Assembly (NCBI GenBank): GCA_965205945.1
Contig: CBDBIB010000005.1
Span: 1 to 41,378 of the forward strand
Direction of reading: 5' to 3'
Source of the DNA: Bdellovibrionales bacterium
Lineage (GTDB): Bacteria; Bdellovibrionota; Bdellovibrionia; Bdellovibrionales; UBA1609
Length of the DNA: 41,378 nucleotides
Positions 30,505 through 41,166 of the stretch are shown here, in pieces. Numbering within the stretch: the first letter of the stretch is position 1; every line of letters starts with the position of its first letter. The notes under the pieces are model-generated. The model ran no database searches, was not told the DNA's origin, and saw only the letters and a program-made list of their open reading frames with translations. The position numbers and the translations under genes are program-made.

Positions 30505-31278
30505 ATGATTGAACAAGAAAATCTTGATTATTTCACTCAGCTTTTAAAGGATAACCCTGCCTCAAAAGCCTTTGCCCCTTTAGCTGAAGGCTATCGAAAA
30601 ATTGGTGAACTTGAAAAAGCTCTCCAAATTGCCAGTAATGGAGTTGCTATTCACCCTAAATTTAATAGCGGTAAAGTTGCCCTGGCTAGAATCCTAATAG
30701 ATCTAAAAAAATATGATACTGCAGAAAAAATCTTACTCAAAGTCACACACAACGACTTTGAAAACCTTTTAGCCCATAGGTCTCTTGGAGAAATCTACAT
30801 TCATATAAATAATCTTCCTAAAGCCCTTAACGCTTTTAAATCCGCACTTTTAGCAAATCCCTTAGACACCATGTCCTCTAATATGGTAGCAAAATTAGAA
30901 TCTATTTCAGCTAAATCATTTGATTCTGAAACCTTTAAATATCTACCTGTACATGAGTCTGCTGAACAGAAAATTATTCACAAAAAAAAACTCTCCATAC
31001 ACTCAGCTCTTTCCTACATAGATGCTTTGATTATAAGAAACAACTACAGTCGTGCTCAAAAACATACTAGTGAACACTTATTAAGATTTCCTAAAAACCC
31101 TGACCTTTTAAAAAGAAAACACTATTTAACAAGTCTAAAAGATCATAACCCTTTAATTTCAAGAGCTGAGGCACTTTTAAAGCCTGAGATAACTAAACAA
31201 AAACTTAAAACACTTTATAAAGCCCTAGAGCGCATTAATAATCAAATACAAACAAGACCCGAATTAATAAAAGGCTAA
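30505..31278 (+). CDS. Tetratricopeptide repeat protein
   Basis: FAPLAEGYRKIGELEKAL and LGEIY---N---KALNAFKSAL; start moved to ATG 30505. Confidence 0.85.
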   Translation: MIEQENLDYFTQLLKDNPASKAFAPLAEGYRKIGELEKALQIASNGVAIHPKFNSGKVALARILIDLKKYDTAEKILLKVTHNDFENLLAHRSLGEIYIHINNLPKALNAFKSALLANPLDTMSSNMVAKLESISAKSFDSETFKYLPVHESAEQKIIHKKKLSIHSALSYIDALIIRNNYSRAQKHTSEHLLRFPKNPDLLKRKHYLTSLKDHNPLISRAEALLKPEITKQKLKTLYKALERINNQIQTRPELIKG

Positions 31279-31281
31279 GCT

Positions 31282-31848
31282 ATGATACAAACTTCTGACT
31301 TTAAAAAAGGCTTAAAGCTTCTTATAGATAATGAGCCTTATAATCTTATTGATTTTCAACACGTAAAGCCTGGAAAAGGAAATGCTTTTACTAAGACAAA
31401 ACTAAAAAATCTTATTACAGGAAATAACCTAGAGCGCACTTTTAAATCAGGTGATAAATTTAAAATCCCTGATGTAGAATATAAAAATGTTAGTTTTCTT
31501 TATTCTCATAAAACAAACTACCATTTTATGGATCAAGTAAGCTACGAGCAAATAGTTTTTTCAAAAAAAGATTTAAATCCTAAGCACTTATATTTAAAAG
31601 AGAATGATACCGTTGTTATGCTTTTTTTTAATGAGCGTGCAATTGGTATCGAACTTGCAAATACAGTTACTCTTTTAGTAGCTCAAACAGATCCTGGCTT
31701 TAAAGGAAACACTGTAACAAACACCTACAAACCAGCAACAATGGAAACAGGCTGTGTTGTTCAAGTTCCTCTTCATACTAAAGTAGGTGATCTTTTAAAA
31801 ATTCAAACTGAAGACGGCAAATACCTTGAAAGGGTAAATCTTAAATAA
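31282..31848 (+). CDS. efp: Elongation factor P
   Basis: HVKPGKG-AF, PG-KG-T, KPATMETG--VQVPL. Confidence 0.97.
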   Translation: MIQTSDFKKGLKLLIDNEPYNLIDFQHVKPGKGNAFTKTKLKNLITGNNLERTFKSGDKFKIPDVEYKNVSFLYSHKTNYHFMDQVSYEQIVFSKKDLNPKHLYLKENDTVVMLFFNERAIGIELANTVTLLVAQTDPGFKGNTVTNTYKPATMETGCVVQVPLHTKVGDLLKIQTEDGKYLERVNLK

Positions 31849-31850
31849 TC

Positions 31851-32912
31851 ATGCTTATAAAAAAAATTCTATCTCTTTTTTCAACTGATTCAGGATTAGA
31901 TTTTAATCAATTTAAAACTCTAATTAAAACTTCTGATTCTTTTAAAAAAAACATCCTAGATTTAAATGAAGATGAGCTAAATTTATTTTTTAAACTACTT
32001 ATTGATACCAAACAACCCTTGGCAATAAAAAAACTCTTAAGATTACTTAATGACGATCAATCTGAATACAATCCAGCATTAGCAATACTTGGACTAATAC
32101 ATTTAGGAATACTAAGCTCTCTTAAAGATACCACCGCCCACACTCATCTTCTGGTCAAGATTAATAAGGAAAATGCTCTTTTATTAAAACCCTATTTTAA
32201 CTTTTTCCCTGAAAAATACCAGAAAATTATTGAAGCTTCTATTGCCTTACAAAAACAAAAAAATGAGATTTTTAGAGAGGATCTTAAGGATCAAATAGAA
32301 TTCTTAAAATCTCAAAATCTTAACGACAAGGCCCTAGAAATTGAAAAGCAATTAAAATTTCATTTTCCTGAAATCACTGAGTCCTTCTTATCTGAAAAAC
32401 AAGTTCAAGAAAAATCTAAAGAGCATAATTATTCTAAAACAATTGAACGAAATATTCCCTTTGAAGCTCGATCCAGATTACGAAAAACAACTTTAAACAA
32501 ACATAAAGAAACTCTAAATTCTGAAACTACTACAAGCTTAGAGCTTGCTAAGCTTTGGTACTCTCAACTTAAAAATACAAACCCTGAACTACTACTAACC
32601 CAATTAGAATTTATAAACTTTGATGACCCCACCTTTTACTCTAAAATGTTAGAAGAAACTAATCTAGACATTTGGACAAAAATTTTTCTCTATATAAAAT
32701 CAAAAAAATATCTAGAAGGTTTAATTTTTTTAAATATAAATGAATCTACGCTATTAGCAGAATCCTCTAACAGTATTTATAATTACTACTACACAAAAGG
32801 TGTGATGCTCTTAGGTGCAGGAATGCAAAAAGAGGCTGAAGAAATCTTTCTTATTATTAAAGAACAGAAAGAAAACTTTAGGGATATTCAACTTTTACTT
32901 CAAAGATGCTAA
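31851..32912 (+). CDS. Hypothetical helical protein (possible C-terminal TPR)
   Basis: 353-aa ORF tightly coupled to efp and tamB. Confidence 0.7.
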   Translation: MLIKKILSLFSTDSGLDFNQFKTLIKTSDSFKKNILDLNEDELNLFFKLLIDTKQPLAIKKLLRLLNDDQSEYNPALAILGLIHLGILSSLKDTTAHTHLLVKINKENALLLKPYFNFFPEKYQKIIEASIALQKQKNEIFREDLKDQIEFLKSQNLNDKALEIEKQLKFHFPEITESFLSEKQVQEKSKEHNYSKTIERNIPFEARSRLRKTTLNKHKETLNSETTTSLELAKLWYSQLKNTNPELLLTQLEFINFDDPTFYSKMLEETNLDIWTKIFLYIKSKKYLEGLIFLNINESTLLAESSNSIYNYYYTKGVMLLGAGMQKEAEEIFLIIKEQKENFRDIQLLLQRC

Positions 32913-35900
32913 ATAGGAAAAATATAACCCTTATTACTATCTTATTGTCTCTTCTAATTGGAGAATATTTTTTTCATAATAAAATCTCTGGCATAATCCA
33001 ATCAGCACTAAACAAAAAAATTAAAAAACAAGGGCTCAATATACATTTTAAAAATGTTAACTATGGATACCTACCACCACGTATATCTTTAAGTCATATA
33101 GACTATACTGATAAAAAAACTATCTTTACGGCAACAAACATATCTCTTTCTATTAAAATTTTTCCTTTAATCAAAGGACAAATAAAGCCTAATAAACTCA
33201 CAATTAAAAAAGCCAATATCTCAATAAAACTAAACACTTTAAAAGAAAAACAACCTTCTTTCTCTCTTCCTGACTTAAAATTTCAAAAAATTTCTAAATT
33301 AATTCCTCTAGATCAAATAAACTTTCAAGAATCAAAAATCATCGTATTTTTAAAAAACAATATCGTTGATTTAGATATTAAAAAAGCGTCCCTGACAAAG
33401 CTTTATAACAAACTTCAACTAGAAATTCAATCCAATATTCATATTAGAAATACTTTTTTAAAAGACAATTTTCACTTAAATACAAAATTTCTCTGGAAAA
33501 AAAGCAGCTTTTTTATAAATTTCTTCACTCTACAAAAAGAAAACTCTATTGTTCAAATCTCAGGATCATTAAAAGAAAAATTTTTAACTAATTTTAATTT
33601 AAAAACAAAAGATCTTTATAAAAACATCAACGAACTCAGGGCCCAAGCAAACATAGACCTTTTAGAATTTAGTGATCTATTCCTTTATTTTACTAAAAAT
33701 TACATTCCTTTAAAACCTAATATTGATAAATTCTCAGGCAGAGTGCAAATCTCTGGATATTATTATGACTCTAAAAAGATTAATAACAAAAGCCTTCTTA
33801 ATTTACAGGTTGATAATCTTAAAACACCCCTTCTTTCTTTAAAATCTATCTCTGCAAAAGGAGATTTAACAAATAAAGGCTTTTCCTCTAATTCTATCCA
33901 AGTTGAAGTCTCTAAAAAAAGTTCCTTTAAAATTAATAATTTAAAAATACGAAAGAAAAACGAATCTTCTTTATTATCTTTTGATTTAAAAAGTACTTTT
34001 TTAAAATTCGAAGACATCATAAAAAGTCTTAATTTAAAAACTGACAATATTTCAGCTCCAATTACATTAGATACACATTGTGGAGGAATTATATTAAAAA
34101 ATACTCTTATAAAATGTATGGGAAAAGGGGAGCTTTTAAACCTAGACATATTCAACCTAAGAGATTCTAATAAGATTTTGTCTATAAATAAACTCTACGC
34201 AGATTTTTCAGGAATAATAACTAAATCTAACTTTAAGTTTAGTGCCGACACCACATATATTGACCCTGAATCACAATTAACTTCAATGGGAAATTTATCA
34301 GGCGTTGTTGATTATATTTCAGGGTTCGACTTAAATTTTGAAGCCAGCCCTGTAAACCTATCTTTTATCAATGAAATAGGTGGTCAAAAACTAACAGGCC
34401 TTACATCCATTAAAGGAAATACTAAAGGATCTAGTAAATGGGGAGAAATTAGAGCTGAATTAAAAAATCAGAATTTAAAATTCAATGATTTATTTCTTGG
34501 AGAGAACACCACCTTATTTAGTTACAAATTCCCTTTAATTACACTCCAAAATATTAGTGGTAAAATTATTCCAAGCTCTAATTCTTATTCTGGCTTAGTT
34601 ATTTTAAATGTAGAACAAGATGATTTACTTCTAGACGTAAAGGGCAAAAATATAACAGATATTGGAGTGAGGACGCTTTTTAAAAATTTATTTTCATTAC
34701 CTGAACAAATTCAATTTAATGCCGACTTTTCATTATTTGCAAAAAAAGGTTTAGACATTAATAAAATGGACTTAAAATTTAAAAGCTCTTTAAATAATTT
34801 AGAACTTTTTGGTGAACGTTTTTTAAACGCAAACCTTAATTTAAAAGGTTTTAATGGAAAGTGGGAGATCTTTAATACAAAATTAAATAAAGATACCTCT
34901 AGCTTTAATGTTCATGGATACCTTCTTGGACTTAAAACAATAAATGCCCATATTTCCTCTTTTAATTTTAAATTAGAAGATTCAGATTTTTTAAAAGCTT
35001 TACATCTGGAGTTAAGCGGTCCAGGAAAACTTACTTTAAATGCAAAAGGACCTCTTAAAGGCCCTAAAACCCTAGGCACAATCTCTTTAACAAACACACA
35101 AGGATCTAAAAAAAATAATCTAGGCAATAGTAATTTTGACTATCGTTTATTTAAAGACAGTATTTTTTTAAAAGGAAATGCTTTTAACAACTCTCTTATG
35201 GGAGAAGCAACTTATCCATTATCTAACATTGGAACTTTAAGTTATAACGGAACAATCAACGGGTTAAATCTACTCGACTTCTTAAATGTAAATAGTGAGA
35301 ATGCTCCTGATGCAAAGTTACTTCTCTGGTCAGAACCCAATTTTTTTATAAAGAATATCTTAACAGATTCACCTATTGGAACAATTAAAAATACAAGTTT
35401 AAAATTAATCTCTGAAACTCAAACATTAATCTCTCTTAAGCAGTTAAAAAATAGTGCTCTCACCTCTACAATCAATTTTATAGTTCATCAATCAGATAAC
35501 CAATCAAGCCTTGCCTTAGATTTTTCAAACCCTTATGAAAAACAAATCTTTTTTAACGGAAGACTCTACCTTAATTTTTTAAAACCCTTTATTCCAACAT
35601 GTGAACTTATAACTGGTGAATTTTTAGCACAAGAGTTGAATTTAAAATTCTCCAAAAAAAAATTCTCTGGACTTGGACAAGGATTAATAAAAAACAGCAG
35701 TTTTAAAACTAATTCATTCCCCTATTCATTTAATGACACTTTTGCATCAATCCAACTTTCAAAAAATCTTATTAAATTTGAAAAAATCAGTTCAGCATTA
35801 GTAAACACTAAGATTAAAGGTTCTGGACTGATTAAGCTTGATCCTAATAAATACTCCATAAAGTTTAAATTAAATTATCAGGATTTAAATCTTGAATTCC

Positions 35901-36895
35901 CTCCTAAAATTTTAACTCGCTCTACTGGTCGAATAAAGCTTTCAGGAAATCGCTTTCCCCTTGTATTAAGTGGTGACATTAAAGTTAAAGAAGGCCTATT
36001 TTCTAAAGACATCCTAACCACTACAAACTTAGAAAGCGTAACTCCAAGTAAGTTTTTACCATCAAAAATTTTAAGAAAATCCACCCCTCCTGCTACCTTA
36101 GATATGCGCATTCAAGTTGAAGATAAAATGAGGGTTAAAACAAATGAGGCAAATGGGTTTGCTTATGGTTTTTTTAAGGCTTTAGGAAATCCTATAGATC
36201 CTTTTTTAGATGGAAAAATACAACTTAAACCTGGTTTTAAAATTTACTTTCATGATAAAGAGTTTCTTTTAAATGAAGGAAGTCTTTTATACAAAAATAA
36301 ACTTGTTACTAACCCTGATTTTATTATTGATGCCACTTCTAAAATCAAGGACAGTAACGACTCTCTTGAAAAATCTTATTCCCTGCGCATGCTGATTAAA
36401 GGCAGTGCTCATAAACCTGATATCAAATTTTTAAGTCAACCTTTTTTAGATGAAAGTCAAATCATCTCGCTCTTAACTATAGGTACTGTTTCTACTCAAA
36501 GTCTAGGACAAGAAATTACAACAACTGAGCAAGCTACATACTCTGGTCTACAATTTGGATCTTACTTAATGCAAAAAAATCAAGCCTTAAAAGACCTGCA
36601 AAAACAAACAGGCACACAAATAGGTCTAAGCTCATCTATAAATTCAGGTGGAGTAAATCCAAAAGTTTTTATTAAAAAGCGTTGGACCTCAAAATTCTCC
36701 TCCACTCTTAGCCAAACCTTTGGAAATCAAAAAAATTCAACCCTTAAAACTGAATACAAACTCAATAAAAAAACCTCGAGTGTTTTAGAAATTCAAAATA
36801 ATCAAACCGATGACGCCTCTCAGCTTATAAATAGAAAAACCCAACAAGGAGTTATTTTTGACCTAGGTCTCCAATATAAGTTTGAATTTGACTAA
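32906..36895 (+). CDS. tamB: Translocation/assembly module TamB (AsmA-like) protein
   Basis: 1329 aa with N-terminal anchor and beta-rich body; C-terminal SQPFLDESQIISLL and GLQYKFEFD; adjacent to an Omp85 gene. Confidence 0.82.
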   Translation: MLNRKNITLITILLSLLIGEYFFHNKISGIIQSALNKKIKKQGLNIHFKNVNYGYLPPRISLSHIDYTDKKTIFTATNISLSIKIFPLIKGQIKPNKLTIKKANISIKLNTLKEKQPSFSLPDLKFQKISKLIPLDQINFQESKIIVFLKNNIVDLDIKKASLTKLYNKLQLEIQSNIHIRNTFLKDNFHLNTKFLWKKSSFFINFFTLQKENSIVQISGSLKEKFLTNFNLKTKDLYKNINELRAQANIDLLEFSDLFLYFTKNYIPLKPNIDKFSGRVQISGYYYDSKKINNKSLLNLQVDNLKTPLLSLKSISAKGDLTNKGFSSNSIQVEVSKKSSFKINNLKIRKKNESSLLSFDLKSTFLKFEDIIKSLNLKTDNISAPITLDTHCGGIILKNTLIKCMGKGELLNLDIFNLRDSNKILSINKLYADFSGIITKSNFKFSADTTYIDPESQLTSMGNLSGVVDYISGFDLNFEASPVNLSFINEIGGQKLTGLTSIKGNTKGSSKWGEIRAELKNQNLKFNDLFLGENTTLFSYKFPLITLQNISGKIIPSSNSYSGLVILNVEQDDLLLDVKGKNITDIGVRTLFKNLFSLPEQIQFNADFSLFAKKGLDINKMDLKFKSSLNNLELFGERFLNANLNLKGFNGKWEIFNTKLNKDTSSFNVHGYLLGLKTINAHISSFNFKLEDSDFLKALHLELSGPGKLTLNAKGPLKGPKTLGTISLTNTQGSKKNNLGNSNFDYRLFKDSIFLKGNAFNNSLMGEATYPLSNIGTLSYNGTINGLNLLDFLNVNSENAPDAKLLLWSEPNFFIKNILTDSPIGTIKNTSLKLISETQTLISLKQLKNSALTSTINFIVHQSDNQSSLALDFSNPYEKQIFFNGRLYLNFLKPFIPTCELITGEFLAQELNLKFSKKKFSGLGQGLIKNSSFKTNSFPYSFNDTFASIQLSKNLIKFEKISSALVNTKIKGSGLIKLDPNKYSIKFKLNYQDLNLEFPPKILTRSTGRIKLSGNRFPLVLSGDIKVKEGLFSKDILTTTNLESVTPSKFLPSKILRKSTPPATLDMRIQVEDKMRVKTNEANGFAYGFFKALGNPIDPFLDGKIQLKPGFKIYFHDKEFLLNEGSLLYKNKLVTNPDFIIDATSKIKDSNDSLEKSYSLRMLIKGSAHKPDIKFLSQPFLDESQIISLLTIGTVSTQSLGQEITTTEQATYSGLQFGSYLMQKNQALKDLQKQTGTQIGLSSSINSGGVNPKVFIKKRWTSKFSSTLSQTFGNQKNSTLKTEYKLNKKTSSVLEIQNNQTDDASQLINRKTQQGVIFDLGLQYKFEFD

Positions 36896-36919
36896 AACTC
36901 CACGCTATAATCAGTAATA

Positions 36920-39313
36920 ATGTTTTCTATAAAAAAAACTCTCCTTACATTAAACCTAATTTTTCTAAGTGCAAATGCTTGGTCAAAAAACTCCTATACA
37001 GTTAAAACTGACAACTTAAGTCTAAAAAAAAATCTAACCTCCATCATAACTTTAAACACTCAACACAGCCAAGAAAAAATCACCTCCAAAATAAATGCTT
37101 ACCTTATGAAAAATGGCTACTATATAGCCTCTATTAAGGTAAAAGATGGAATCATCACTATTAAAAACCCTATTAAATGGGAGCTTTTCTTTGAAGGAAA
37201 TACCTTTTATTCTAGATATTTTTTAAAAAAATCTCTCATAAACTCAGTATTTAGCACTATCTCAGAAACTCTTGTCCCCGAATTTGAACAGTCCCTTACA
37301 AAAACTTATAAAGCAGCAGGTTTTCACTTTGCAGAAATAAAATCTGAACTTAAACACTATCCCAAAAAAAAATTAACACAACTAATATTTAAAATTAAAG
37401 AACATGAAATTGTAAAAATTAAAAAAATATCTATCTCTGGAAGCCTGGGCCCTTTTAAGAAAAAAGATTTTTTAAGCAAACTAAAACGCTTTTCGGAAAA
37501 ACAGATTTCAAAAGGTATTTATTATGATAAAGCACTGCTCTCAGGAATCGCTAGTTTAAAAAATCATCTATATAACCTTGGTTATTTTCATGCTTACGTT
37601 GGAATTAAAACTCTTAAATTTAATACTCAAAAAAATAAAATTTCTGTAGGAATAAAGCTCTACATAAACTCTCCAACCATTATCAGCTCCATCACTTTTA
37701 AAGATAATAAAAAAATTTCTAGTTTCTGGTTAAAAGAGCTTTTAAACTTAAAAAAAGGTGATATCCTTAACCTAAATACCTTTGAAGCAGGTCTTAATCT
37801 TATTGAAAACTATTACCTACAAAGAGGGTTTTTAAATGTACATATCCAAACTGATGATTTTTTCAAATATTTTAATGCCTTAAAAACTGCTAAAATTACA
37901 ATTTCAATTAAAGAAAATTCTCAAATTTTAATTTCCCGCATAAATATAAAAGGAAACTTTAAAACCAAGCGATCTTTAATATTAAAAGAAATTACATTTA
38001 AACCTGGAGAAGTCTTAACTGCTGATAAAATCAATACTTCTAGAAATAATTTAATACGACTTGGGTTCTTTTCAAATATTCAATTCAATATTCTCTCTAA
38101 TGAAGAAAAAAAGGTTAGTACTCTAGTTGAAATTATTCTTTCTGAACGTAAACCAGGTATCTTTACCTCTGGCTTTGGACTCAGCTCAGAGTTAAACCTT
38201 ACTGTTAAAACCTTTGCAGGGTTTGAATATAAAAATATCCAAGGAACAGGACGCTCTTTTTCAAATCGTATTGAGCTTAAACGCCCTATTAGAAAAATTG
38301 ATTATCTTGAAAATAGAATCTTTGCCAGCTACTTAGAGCCTTATCTTTTTAAATCTAGTGTTAAAGGCCGTATTAACTTATCAAGAAATGATGAAATCTG
38401 GGATATTGCGGTTGATAAAAAATCCTTTACTGTAATTAATTCTAATCGCTTAGATTTAATCCTAGAACAACAACTTACTAAACATATGACACTTTTTATA
38501 ACACCTTTTAGTTTAGATATACGAAAAGAAGAGGTTATAACAGATATTAAAAACCCTAAAAAAGATGAGCTTCATGAAATTATTGGCTCCATTAGCCCTT
38601 CAATACAAATAGACTATAGAAATAATCCTTTTTTACCAACAACAGGTTCTTTAAGTAAAATACAAATAGAGTATGCTTCTCCCTTTCTTGGATCAAATAC
38701 ACAAAGTAAAAAAGATTTAGCTACTGATGCCACTGAGCGTGTTAGCCTTGAGTTTTTAAAATTTCAAAGCTCATATACTTTTTATAAACCTCTTTCTAAT
38801 AATTTAATTTGGGCACAATCTTTTAGAGGAGGATATCTTTATAACTATTCTGGTAAAAAAACCAATGGTTTTACACCTTTTCCTAAAAGTAGAGCCTTTT
38901 TTCTAGGAGGAGCCTCAACTCTTAGAGGCTTTGATCCTAGCCAATCAAATGAGCGTATACCAAGTGATAAATATCTTGAAGATAATGGTGGAATTTTATC
39001 CGGAAATACCATTGGAGGTGGTGTTTTAAATATACCAAAATCTAGTTATTATTATTTAACTAAAACTGAAGTTCGCTTCCCACTTTCTAAAAATAACAAT
39101 TGGTGGGGCTCTGCTTTCTACGATGGGGGAAGCGTTCAAATAACAAACCTTAATGAAAATTACGATTCATGGAGACATTCTGTTGGTATTGGTCTACGCT
39201 TTAATACCCCCGTTGGGCCATTATTTAATGCAGAAATTGCTTATAAACTAGATCGTAAAACTCAAAGAAACGAATCCACCATTGAGTTCCACCTCTCAGT
39301 TTCTTCATTTTAA
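36920..39313 (+). CDS. Omp85-family (BamA/TamA) outer membrane protein with POTRA domains
   Basis: POTRA patterns (I-IKGNFKTK...LG-FSNI), FFLGGASTLRGF, GIGLRFNTPVGP, terminal F. Confidence 0.92.
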   Translation: MFSIKKTLLTLNLIFLSANAWSKNSYTVKTDNLSLKKNLTSIITLNTQHSQEKITSKINAYLMKNGYYIASIKVKDGIITIKNPIKWELFFEGNTFYSRYFLKKSLINSVFSTISETLVPEFEQSLTKTYKAAGFHFAEIKSELKHYPKKKLTQLIFKIKEHEIVKIKKISISGSLGPFKKKDFLSKLKRFSEKQISKGIYYDKALLSGIASLKNHLYNLGYFHAYVGIKTLKFNTQKNKISVGIKLYINSPTIISSITFKDNKKISSFWLKELLNLKKGDILNLNTFEAGLNLIENYYLQRGFLNVHIQTDDFFKYFNALKTAKITISIKENSQILISRINIKGNFKTKRSLILKEITFKPGEVLTADKINTSRNNLIRLGFFSNIQFNILSNEEKKVSTLVEIILSERKPGIFTSGFGLSSELNLTVKTFAGFEYKNIQGTGRSFSNRIELKRPIRKIDYLENRIFASYLEPYLFKSSVKGRINLSRNDEIWDIAVDKKSFTVINSNRLDLILEQQLTKHMTLFITPFSLDIRKEEVITDIKNPKKDELHEIIGSISPSIQIDYRNNPFLPTTGSLSKIQIEYASPFLGSNTQSKKDLATDATERVSLEFLKFQSSYTFYKPLSNNLIWAQSFRGGYLYNYSGKKTNGFTPFPKSRAFFLGGASTLRGFDPSQSNERIPSDKYLEDNGGILSGNTIGGGVLNIPKSSYYYLTKTEVRFPLSKNNNWWGSAFYDGGSVQITNLNENYDSWRHSVGIGLRFNTPVGPLFNAEIAYKLDRKTQRNESTIEFHLSVSSF

Positions 39314-39332
39314 GTTCTTAACAAAAAAAAAT

Positions 39333-39425
39333 GGCGTTGTTGCGCATAAACACTCAACCTAAACCAACAACTTAGAAATCTTCATCCACCCAATTTGCTA
39401 ACATGCCAAGGATGGTTAAAGTAGG
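39333..39425 (-). mobile_element. IS5-family (IS903-group-like) right-end remnant
   Basis: End GGCGTTGTTGCGCATAA. The minus strand encodes LTILGMLANWVDEDF*, like the T-LGMP C-terminus of IS903-group transposases. Matches 12811-12860. Confidence 0.6.
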
Positions 39426-40077
39426 TAAAAGACTTAAACAGATTAACTAAAAAAAAACTATAACAAGGAACTCATAGTATCCCGCTTAAGTGTTACTCGT
39501 AATTTTGACCCAAAGATTTAAAAAAAAAGATCATGTAAAGTAGTTTATTAAGATGCTCTCTTAAATATCTAGAATTAAGGGAAATTTATAACGTTTCTCT
39601 CTAGTTATTATATTAAAACTAAAAATTTAGGTCAGAAAAAAAGTAAACTATGACTAGCAGTCTTCTTTTTATATCCAACATTGTGATGTCTCATTAAGGC
39701 CCAGACAGATGTGTGAAGAACATTAAATGTAAATCCATTTTAAATTGCAATGAAGAATAATAAAGTTTAAGAAATAAAGAGGTTTATTTTTAAAAGAGTT
39801 TTGGTCTAATAAGAGACATGCAGGCGCTGTTTAAAAATGAAGCACGCTTTCGTTAATGGAAAGTTTTATTTTAAACTTGCTTTTTTACAGATGCCTTTAG
39901 TATAAAATTTAAATTAATATTCAATATAAATTTATAAACTTGATTAAAATTAAACTATAGACCTCAGACTTTAAACCCTGATCTCTTATTAATCTCTTTT
40001 TTAAACCTAGACATTAGACTTTTTTAAAAATATAACCTTTAAATGTTCTTTAAGAAGAACTTGGAGGAAACCGTTTA

Positions 40078-40977
40078 GTGTTTAAAAGATGGACTTTAAA
40101 AACAATTTTAATTCTTATGGGGACAGGCTGCTTAAGTCAGGAGCAGAGTTTAAAGGCTACGGCCTTTATTTCTCCAAAAGTAATTTATGGAGATGATAGT
40201 CGAAAAGATTGGTATGAAGTATCAAATCCGAATTTATTATCTATTGCAGATTCTACGTTAGGAATAATAAATAAGTTTAATCTCACTATTAATGGCTCTA
40301 CTGCTAAATTAAAAACTCATACAATTGGACTTTGCCCGAGCGAAAGATTTAGTAATCAAAAATCTGGCCCTTGGTGCTCTGGATTTTTAGTAGCTCCTGA
40401 TATTATTATCACCTCAGGGCATTGTATTAACTCACAGTCACACTGTTTAGATTTAAGCTTTATTTTTGGTTTTGCAAAAAAATCTTTTGATCATAATCCT
40501 TATCAAATAAAAACTACTGATATCTACGGCTGTAAGAACCTTTTGGGGAAAAAAAAATCACCAGATAAAAACGATTGGGCTGTGGTTCAATTAGATCGAC
40601 CTGTGACAGATCATAAGCCTTTAAAAGTAAGGCGCAGTGGATCTATCTCCCCTAACGCACCACTAATTCTAATTGGTCACCCCAGTGGACTTCCTTCTAA
40701 AATTTCTACTGGTTGGGTTTACAGTGTAAAAAATGACTATTTTAAAGCTAGCCTAGAAGCTTATAATGGAAGCTCAGGTTCTGCTGTTTTTAATACTCAA
40801 ACCAATAAGGTCGAAGGCATCCTAACTCAGGGTAAAATAGACTATGAATTTAAAAACGGCTGTAAAGTATCAAACGTATGTGAAAATCATTTTGGAGGCA
40901 AATGTAGTATTAATAGCAATCACCCTGATAGTGAATATGTCACTAAAATTAGTGAAATTCTACATTTAATACCGTAA
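40078..40977 (+). CDS. Secreted trypsin-like serine protease
   Basis: CSGFLV, TSGHC (His), DWAVVQLD (Asp), GSSGSAV (Ser); signal peptide with possible lipobox GTGC; GGAGG RBS. Confidence 0.92.
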   Translation: MFKRWTLKTILILMGTGCLSQEQSLKATAFISPKVIYGDDSRKDWYEVSNPNLLSIADSTLGIINKFNLTINGSTAKLKTHTIGLCPSERFSNQKSGPWCSGFLVAPDIIITSGHCINSQSHCLDLSFIFGFAKKSFDHNPYQIKTTDIYGCKNLLGKKKSPDKNDWAVVQLDRPVTDHKPLKVRRSGSISPNAPLILIGHPSGLPSKISTGWVYSVKNDYFKASLEAYNGSSGSAVFNTQTNKVEGILTQGKIDYEFKNGCKVSNVCENHFGGKCSINSNHPDSEYVTKISEILHLIP

Positions 40978-41166
40978 AGCTTTTTAAAAATCAGACTAAA
41001 AACTTTTTAAGTTAAGCCTAGCCCTCTGCTCAATATTGCTTTTAATTCTGTATTCGGGTTAGTTAACTCAAATTTTAACTTAAAAAAAGCTAAAGATAAG
41101 CTTTCATCTAAAATTTAAACTCAAGAAAGAATTCTTATTAGGTTATTTATTGTTTTAATTTAACCA

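Noticed and set aside
39339..39366. dif site (TGCGCATAA resembles the XerC arm)
   Set aside because: No XerD arm; better explained as an IS end.
39430..40070. Long non-coding stretch as a pseudogene or CRISPR array
   Set aside because: No regular repeats and no recognisable protein motif in the frames examined.
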